From Azolla caroliniana (Eukaryota > Plantae > Polypodiophyta), in assembly GCA_043228905.1 (NCBI GenBank), contig JBHGNT010000004.1, positions 434,001-498,000 of the forward strand: DNA of 64,000 bases, read 5' to 3'. Made by a program: the position numbers and the translations under genes. Shown here one piece after another: positions 56,558 to 64,000 of this stretch. Position 1 is the first letter of the stretch; each line of letters starts with the position of its first letter. The notes beneath the pieces were generated by a model, which ran no database searches, was not told where the DNA came from, and worked only from the letters and a program-made list of their open reading frames with translations.

Positions 56558-58822
56558 ACGCTACGAGAGCTCAAGGTCGGTGGGGGTGGGTTTCTACTAC
56601 CGGCGGAAGAGGACCGGTTTCGGAGGATGCTCGGAAGGCACATGAAAACCTTCGCATTTTCGCCGGAGAGATCGGGTGCGTAGACCCGACGATCGTGGAG
56701 CCGATGGTGATATTCACGGTGATATTCACCATGCCATTCCTGGACGACATCCCGATCAAAGGGTGTCTGGTGGAGGATAAGGATGAGGCGGTTGGGTTGG
56801 ACAGATGCCGGAGGTTCGTCGCGAACCACATTAATGACTACGAGAAGGTGCTGCAAAGGCTGGAGGACGTCGCGGAACCACTCTACGGTTTGCTGAAAAA
56901 AGGGCGCAAATTTGAATGGGGCAAGGAGCATACGAGGTCAATCCGGAGACTGAAGGAGGCGCTTACTGCGGCACCGGTTTTCCGGAAAGCGGTTTACGAC
57001 AAGGAGGTCCCAATCTACGTAATTGTAGATACGAGCCCGATCGGGATAGGATGGGTGATCAATCAAGAGGACGAGAGCGGCATGCAGTTCCCAATCCGGT
57101 TCGGGGCGAAGGTTCTCAGTGAGCGACAGCGAGGATACGCCCAAGTTAACCGCGAACTGTGGGGTACCGTTTCGGCGGTCAAGACCGACAAAGACTACTT
57201 GATCGGGACAGAAGTAATCATCGAGACGGACTGCCTGCCGATCCTCGGTATGGTTTTCAGATGCGCGACTCCGGACCTAGTGATGCTCAAGTGGATCGCG
57301 TACATTAAGTCCCTGGACGCGGAGATACGACACATCTCCGGAAAGGACAACACCATGGCCGATATGCTTTCAAGAGCGCGTTTCAAGGACGAGAACAACA
57401 TGGTTTCGGAGGACGAAGAAGTCAGCGTAGACTTCTTCGAGTCGGCTCGCGTAACGACAAGGGCAAGGAGCACTTCGGTGCTTAACGAGTTCAATGAGTG
57501 TGAGTACAACGGGGAGTGGGTCCAGATTGGAAGGTTCCTAAGGACAATGAGGCTGGACGCGACATGGGGCCAAAAGGAGGCTCACCGGGTCCGGAAGAAA
57601 GCATACCAATTCTTCCTACAAGGCGGAAATATATGGAAGCTCCCAAAGAAACGAGCCGCTCCGAGTGGTGGCGAGGAAGGACGAGCAGGACAAGTTGTTA
57701 GCGGCGTACCGGGGGACATGGACCACGTTCGAGAAACTGAGAGAGAAATATTGGTGGTCGGGCCTGTACCGGGATGTGTACCAGTTCGTGACAACATGCG
57801 AAAGCTATCAGCTGCACTCCACAGTCCGACATCAGGACAAGCTGCACCCGACTTACCCGCCGACTGTCCACTTCAAGTGGATGGTGGATCTGGTAATGAT
57901 GCTGATGGGGGTAGGGCAGATGCGGTACCTGGTGCTAGCTCGAGAAGATCTGACGAACCAGGTGGAGGGACGAGCACTACCAAACAAGACGACCGTGGTC
58001 GTATGCCGGTTCCTAATCGAGGAGGTAGTGTGCCGGTACAGGTGCGAGGGAAAGATCGTAGCGGACCGTGGGGAACTGGATGCACAAGAAACCCAAGAGA
58101 TGTTTGAACGGTTAGGGGTCAAGCTCTCGCTCACTACGGCGTACAATCCAGAGGCAAACGGGAAGGTGGAGCGCGGACACAGGCCAATCGTAAAGACGTT
58201 GGTACGGGCTTGCGGAAGCCAGGTCGGGAATTGGTCGTGGCTCCTACACTACGCACTATGGGCAAACCGGATGACGCATAGTTCGGTGACCGGGTACATG
58301 CCGGCAGAGCTTATGTATGGGCAGAAACCGGTCATGCCGGTGGAGTGGACGATTTCCTCGTGGGCGGTGATAGATTGGAGGAATGAGATGAGCCAGGAAG
58401 AGTTGTTGGCGGCGCGGATTCGACAGCTCGAGCGAAGACCGGAGGACGTGGAGTGGACAAAGACGAAGCTGCAAACGGCGATGGAGAGGAAAAAAGGCCG
58501 GTTCGACCAGACGCACCAATTGCGGCCAAAGAAGATCGAGGAGGGCGACTGGGTGTTGGTGTATGACAACAGGCTCGACAACCAGCACAAGGCAACGTGC
58601 AAATTCACAAGGAGGTGGTTCGGGCCCTACGACGTAACGAGCGCGAACGACAACGGGACGTATCATCTTGCGAACCTCGACGGGACGCGATTAACAGTGC
58701 CGGTAGCCGGGAAGCGAATCAAGGCGTTCAAGAAGCGATATGAGGATGAGCCAGACCCGGGAAGCGTGACCGACGACGACAACCGGTTCGGAGCGGACGA
58801 GGATTCGGGCACTGACGGATGA
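56558..58822 (+). pseudogene. pol: Pol remnant of O: RT largely deleted, RNase H-integrase with frameshifts
   Basis: TLRELKVGGGGFLLP, VIFT|VIFTMPFLDD, LED|VAEPLY, KWMVDLV, RWFGPY. Confidence 0.88.
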
Positions 58823-58896
58823 TTATGGGCTAGTTTTCTCCGGCAATTGTTCGTGTCTGGCGCATATCGGTGGATGCGCAGTTTGGTGGGGGCGGA

Positions 58897-60226
58897 TGTC
58901 GTGAAGAAAACCGGCCCTAAATGGAATCAAGGAGTTAAAAGCGTGAAACCGCCCTTTCACGGAAGTGCGTGAATTGACACAATTTATATAACTAGGGATA
59001 GGACGGTTGTTGTAAGTATACTAGGTATAAGATACTTATTAATTAGGAAATCAAAGCGTATCTCTGTCCGGAGGGACAAAGAATAAAGTTGATATGTTTT
59101 GATGTAACGGCCTCTCGGGGAGACCTATAAAAGGGAGGAGAGAGGAAAGAGAAATTATCACGTTTTGGGGGAAAAGAAGGAGACGTTGTCGGACTGGGAA
59201 CCGAGCTCTCTTCCTCTACCATCATTCTCTGCAGGGTCGCCATCGTTGTAATTGTCACGGTGTCGCGTTGTTACGCACGTGCGTGGAGAACGAGGCGGGA
59301 CCACCGGGGTCTTGGACCGAGAAATAGCTGAGAAGGAGGAGAACGGAAAGGCAACGGACGCACTTGCACACGCACAAACACGGGAGCACACAGGAATCAC
59401 AGTCCAACAACACAGCAAAACGAGACGACTAGAAGTCCTAGTATATGAACACGTATGTATATAAATATATATATATTTCAAGACGGTTACAACTAACAGG
59501 CTGGCAAGGCGAACACCGACGCCTGTTCACTCACACACAGAAGAGCGAGATGGAGACTCTGCCGGAAGCACACAGGCGTTCCACGGAGCAGAGTCAGCCT
59601 CCCGAAAACCTACGCAAAATGGCTATGGAGAGTGGCAGAGGAGAAGGGCTCGGTCCCAGTCCGGCAGCACTTCGTCCTCTCTCTAACGCGCTATATCTTT
59701 TTCCATTCCTCTCCCTCTCTTTTATAGCCCAAGGAGGGAGGTCGTTATCATCTGTTACATCACATTAAATCTCTGTCCTTTCGGACAAAGATACACCTCG
59801 ATTCTCTCCCTATTGAATGCATGCTACCTAGGATTTCACCTCAGCCGACTTGTACCTACCTACTTACCATACAATGAAAAGTGTGCTCGCGTAAGGGCCA
59901 GTTTACACACGCTAAACTCGGTTTCCGCCTAGGGACGGTTTTCTTCACGACAACGGTTATTGTAATCTCTTATTTCGGTGTTATCTGTGTCGTTTGTGTT
60001 GTCTGTGTTTCTGGGAGTGTCTTCTTTCACTTCTCTCGAGTGCGCTCCTCGATTGAGTCGGTATACGCGTTGGCAGTTCAATCAACGGGTAAGTGCGGCC
60101 GGTTGCTGGCAGGTCTAGCAGGCCCTACACTTGCATGCTTCTCACCTCCTCTTGTCTCACACGCTCCTTGATTTAGGGCCCCCGTGGTCCCGCCTATTTC
60201 ACACGCGGAAGTGTAACAACCTGACA
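58897..60226 (+). repeat. 3' LTR of O, interrupted by a solo LTR
   Basis: Matches 12496-13648; ends CCCCCGTGGTCCCGCC..CAACCTGACA. Confidence 0.88.
59261..59952 (-). mobile_element. Solo Ty3/gypsy LTR (692 bp)
   Basis: Family termini, 4-bp TSD ACGG (59257-59260 / 59953-59956), empty site GTCACGGTTATTG at ~13493 in the sister LTR. Confidence 0.93.
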
Positions 60227-61399
60227 ACATGTCAACCGGTTTGGCCGGCTTCATATTCCGCAATATTTCGCTACATATATGTAGGGCTTAAGAAATTAGG
60301 TTGTTGAAATGTAGGATATCTTTAAGGTATGAAGGCGAAATTGCTCAAATGGATAGGAAAGGAAGGCCTTGTTTAATTGTGCATTGCAACATAGCAAGCC
60401 TCATGATTAGGGTACAAATAAGATTAAACCTTAACATAAATAAAAGGGGAAACATCTGTCACAAAGTCATGGTTGGTTCTCATATAGTAAAGATAATTGG
60501 ACATATATAGTTGACATATATGGTAAACATAATTGGAACTATATTGTTACTAAGTCTTTTGATATGGTGCCCCATGAGCATCTTTGGAGACAAATGGAAG
60601 AATTGAAGATAATAAGGTAATTGACACTTGCAATTTCTTGAATCTATGAAAATGTGATATGCCATGTTTGGATGAGGGGTGGAATTTTAAATTTCTTCAC
60701 TATCTCCACTTGGGTTTATGAATGTATGAATTTGAACAAATGGTTGATGCATTCATAAAGTAAGAACGAACCAAAGAAGTTACAGTAGGGAATGCAGTTA
60801 TCATGCTTCTATTATATGCATGTGGTGTTTTTTACAAACACTTTAGAAGATGAACAAAAGGTTATTTGCATGTTGGAAAATTTTGTATGAATATCCACTA
60901 TCAATGCATTCAAGACAAAGGTTATGCCAATTAAGACTCAAAATAAGGATAAATCATGGAATGTGTACAATAATGAGTCACTTGAAATTGTAAAAAGCTT
61001 CAGTCTTGGGCTTCAAGCTCCCTCCAATAATATATAGAATGAGCTTGCTCACACTTTGATACAATGTGCTACATTCTACCAAGTTTACTTTTGGCACATT
61101 GTCCTCCAAGTCCATTCCCTCCCTATAAACATTTATATGTAAAATTCTTGAACACTGCGAGTCACTAATGAATCCCACGCCTATATAAAAACGATTTAGT
61201 ACCTGGTCTTTTTTCCCGAAGAAAGGGCTTCCCATTAGTTAGGTAAGTGTCTTTACAATCCGATATGTACACCAATAATGTAATCATAGAGACTCAACAA
61301 TTCTATTTACCACATTATCCTATTTGGCACACTCCTCCCTATTTATCATTGAACTTCTCTAAAACCGATATTGATCACGAACATCAAAAAGATATTGTA

Positions 61400-61713
61400 A
61401 TCTTCATATACATATTCCATGACCACCAATTTGTGTTGATCATCCTCTCACCTACAAATTTACAAAAAAATACCATGTACCTTCTCGTAGAGCCCTTACA
61501 CTACTTCGCACTCAATCTCACAAGTTAGGTATTGAAGTTGCATCATGGTATCAAAATGTAACGAATTTTAAGACATGTAAAGTATACAATGAAGGCATGG
61601 TAGAGGATGAATGTCACTTGCTTTTCACATGCTTGACATATAGTGCAATTCGTTCAAGATATGTTGACATAATAAGAGGGAGTGATAACTTAAGTGCCAA
61701 TGAAGGCCTATGA
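61400..61713 (+). pseudogene. 3' remnant of a non-LTR retrotransposon ORF2 (C-terminal CCHC-type region)
   Basis: Frame from 61441 reads RRALTLLRTQSHKLGIEVASW..KTCKVYNEGMVEDECHLLFTCLTYSAIRSRY, typical of LINE ORF2 C-termini. Confidence 0.65.
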
Positions 61714-62115
61714 ATCTAGCCTAGTACGTAGGCGTATTTTTGGGAGTTAGTGTCAGTCGCTCGTATGAGCATTGAAGTACATAGTACTTTGTTAGTCCTT
61801 TGTGGACTTGTATAAAAAGTGTTCACTGAGCACATCCTATGTGCATAGTGTTATATTTTGAATTGAGTTTTTGTTTTCTGCTCTCTCTATCTCTCTTGTG
61901 TATTCTTCGTTCTTAAGCTTCCATTAAACCTTCTTTCTCTGTTTTACTGTTGTTACTCGGTTGAGCCGGTTTGTCTACAAGCTTCCGCACGGTATTCTTG
62001 ACACTATGGTTTAAAGTAAACATGTTTTTTTTCTAGTGTGATGGTCTTAAGTGACATTATCAATATTAGCAAGAGTAAAATGTTGATCAAATCATTCTCC
62101 TAGGGGTTATTTTTA

Positions 62116-62395
62116 GGGAAAAGTACCAAGATACCCCTGGAAGTTTGTCTATTTACCAGAATGCCCCTGGAAGTTCCAAATTTACCAAACTACCCCTATG
62201 TCCAAAGTTACACTTTATAAAGTAATTATACACTCAAATCTACAAGCCCTATTTACCGAAGATGGAAGAAATGACCCGAACTAGCCCTATTTACCAAAGA
62301 TTTGAGTGTATAATTACTTTATAAAGTGTATTTTTTTGGACATAGGGGTAGTTTGGTAAATTTGGAACTTCCAAGGGTCTCTTGGTACTTTTCCC
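62116..62395. mobile_element. Mutator-like MITE (280 bp, long TIRs)
   Basis: GGGAAAAGTACCAAG..CTTGGTACTTTTCCC, ~100 bp inverted arms, 9-bp TSD TTATTTTTA (62107-62115 / 62396-62404). Confidence 0.9.
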
Positions 62396-62848
62396 TTATT
62401 TTTATATGTTCTTTCAAGCTACACAATTTCTAGAACCTTTGAAAACATCATTTCCACATACGTAATGAGAGCATGTGAAGAATGAAATTTTGATGAGCTT
62501 ATCCATCCCCTCAACATTTTTGAAACTTTGATTATCTCATCCCATCCCCTCAAAATTTTCACTTAACAAAAATGTTATAAAAAATGTGAACTTTTGGGTG
62601 CATGTGGAGAATCAAACTTGAGTGACCACAACTAGCTACCCAATATTTTGGATGGTTATAGGAGTCACATCGTAAGTCGCGTATTTATAAGACTCTATAG
62701 ACCATTTGGAAAATTAAGCTTGCAAATTGATTTGAAAATCATGAATCAACATCAAAAGTAAAGAGAGGGTTTTTTCAAGGTCTTACAAGACTTTTGGAAC
62801 CATTTGGAGAGTTGAACTTGATAAAGGATCACGTTGATAAAATGACAA

Positions 62849-63186
62849 CAAAAGCAAGGATAAGGATATGTTTCCATACCACAGCTAACTTTGAGAACTC
62901 ATGAGATTAATATCATGGTCAACTTATATAACTTCTATACGTATTCAGAGAATCAAAGTTTAGTTATAAGTGTTTCTAGAGTATCCCAATGAGAATTTGT
63001 AGCATGAATACATTGTCATCAAAAGCAAGGATGAAGATATGTTTTCATACCAACTAACTTTGAGAACTCATGAGATTAATATCATGGTCAACTTATGTGA
63101 CTTCTAGATGTATTTAGAGAATCAAAATTTAGTTGTAAGTGTTTCTAGAGTATCCCAATGAGAATTTGTAGGGTGAATGCATTGTC
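62849..63186. repeat. Diverged tandem duplication of ~170 bp
   Basis: 62849-63017 vs 63020-63186 both begin CAAAAGCAAGGAT and end CATTGTC. Confidence 0.85.
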
Positions 63187-64000
63187 CTTGCCAGTATTAT
63201 ATCAAAAGTGTTTTATTTAGAAGCAATTTGATATCTATAGCTATCACAATTTATGAACATTAATTGTTCGAATAGACCTAGGAAAATTAGTGTATGAATA
63301 GTGTTTTTTTAAGTATTAAGACATTCATTGTTGTAGTTGTATTTGACCTTTCATTCACAAAAGGGATATTAACGTCAAACTCAAAGACGACCATGTGGTG
63401 CATTTTAAGATACTTACAACTTCTTATAACCCATTCTATCTCACACAAACACAATTATCAATCATTTTGAATGGGTTTGTGTTTCGGTGACACATAGGAA
63501 ATGGTAGACAAAAAAAAGTAGAGTTATTTGACATCTAGTGTCCAAGTTCCCACATTATTTTGAAGTTTATTCCATTTGTTGTTTGTCAAGGATAGCATGA
63601 CGTAATAACCCCATAAAATACATCTAAGAGAGATTTATTAATAACCTAAAAAAATGAAGACGTTATTGACAATTACAATTCCTTAGTATGGATATTTTGA
63701 ACCTTAGTATGATTATATTTTTCATGTCTTCTTCATCATTTATAGAAGAAAATTAAGATTACAAACGGAAATTTTTCCCCTTTCCAAAAACTACATTAAA
63801 AGAGAAGCAGTATTAGAAAATGGGAAGAACAAGACATTGTGTGCTAAATGAGTATTTTAAAATTATTTTATGCATCAAAGAGGTGGAGAAGTCTAGGTCA
63901 ATTATCCTATTAAGTGTGCTCATAGTTGAAATATTTCAAATGTAAAACATGGTGATGTAATGGTGAAGTTTAGGGCAATTGCTTGTTCCCCAAACCCAAT

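Larger units (their letters stand above)
12496..60226 (+). mobile_element. Element O: outermost Ty3/gypsy element of the nest, ~47.7 kb span after secondary insertions
   Basis: Matching LTRs starting TGTCGTGAAGAAAACCGGCCCTAA at 12496 and 58897; 4-bp TSD ACAT (12492-12495 / 60227-60230); PPT before 58897; continuity across the N gap is assumed. Confidence 0.8.

Noticed and set aside
17126-56561. GCGT at 17126 and ACGC at 56558 as an inverted TSD pair
   Set aside because: They flank different LTR types; the match is expected from the N-CG-N target bias
61701-62015. Possible old LTR (TGAAGG..CTTGACA followed by degenerate TGGTTTAAAG)
   Set aside because: No TSD or partner LTR; too decayed to support
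63411-63530. Weak inverted repeat resembling a decayed MITE
   Set aside because: Arms imperfect, no identifiable TIR ends or TSD
60276-64000. Host protein-coding exons in the AT-rich tail
   Set aside because: Only short motif-less ORFs apart from the LINE remnant; no supportable exon structure

Overview
Eukaryotic, almost certainly land-plant (probably fern/lycophyte-type) repeat DNA with no recognisable host gene. About 60 kb is one deeply nested stack of LTR retrotransposons that I reconstructed from LTR pairs, PBS/PPT and target-site duplications (TSDs); letters are my own labels. Ty1/copia elements (tRNA-iMet PBS, 5-bp TSDs): intact young element A (3038-8474), a solo LTR (12642-13276), partial B (13649-15100), and interrupted C (31754-56461) and D (34275-46334). 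A GC-rich non-chromovirus Ty3/gypsy family is present as about 10 copies or fragments: apparently intact F (48217-55369), E, J, G, H, O, a solo LTR, and three pol-less Gag-only derivatives L, I, K. That family is the most interesting system here: tRNA-Trp PBS, 4-bp TSDs centred on CpG at 7 of 8 junctions, a Gag-protease ORF linked to RT-RNaseH-integrase by a predicted -1 frameshift (GGAUUUU-UAG plus pseudoknot, conserved in two copies), a conserved pre-PPT hairpin, and non-autonomous partners in which pol is replaced by a long repeat-built ORF. Also present: a decayed L1-type LINE, two convergent tRNA-like heads, a LINE 3' remnant, a Mutator-like MITE with 9-bp TSD and a 100-N assembly gap. 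All alignments were done by eye; no database searches were run.
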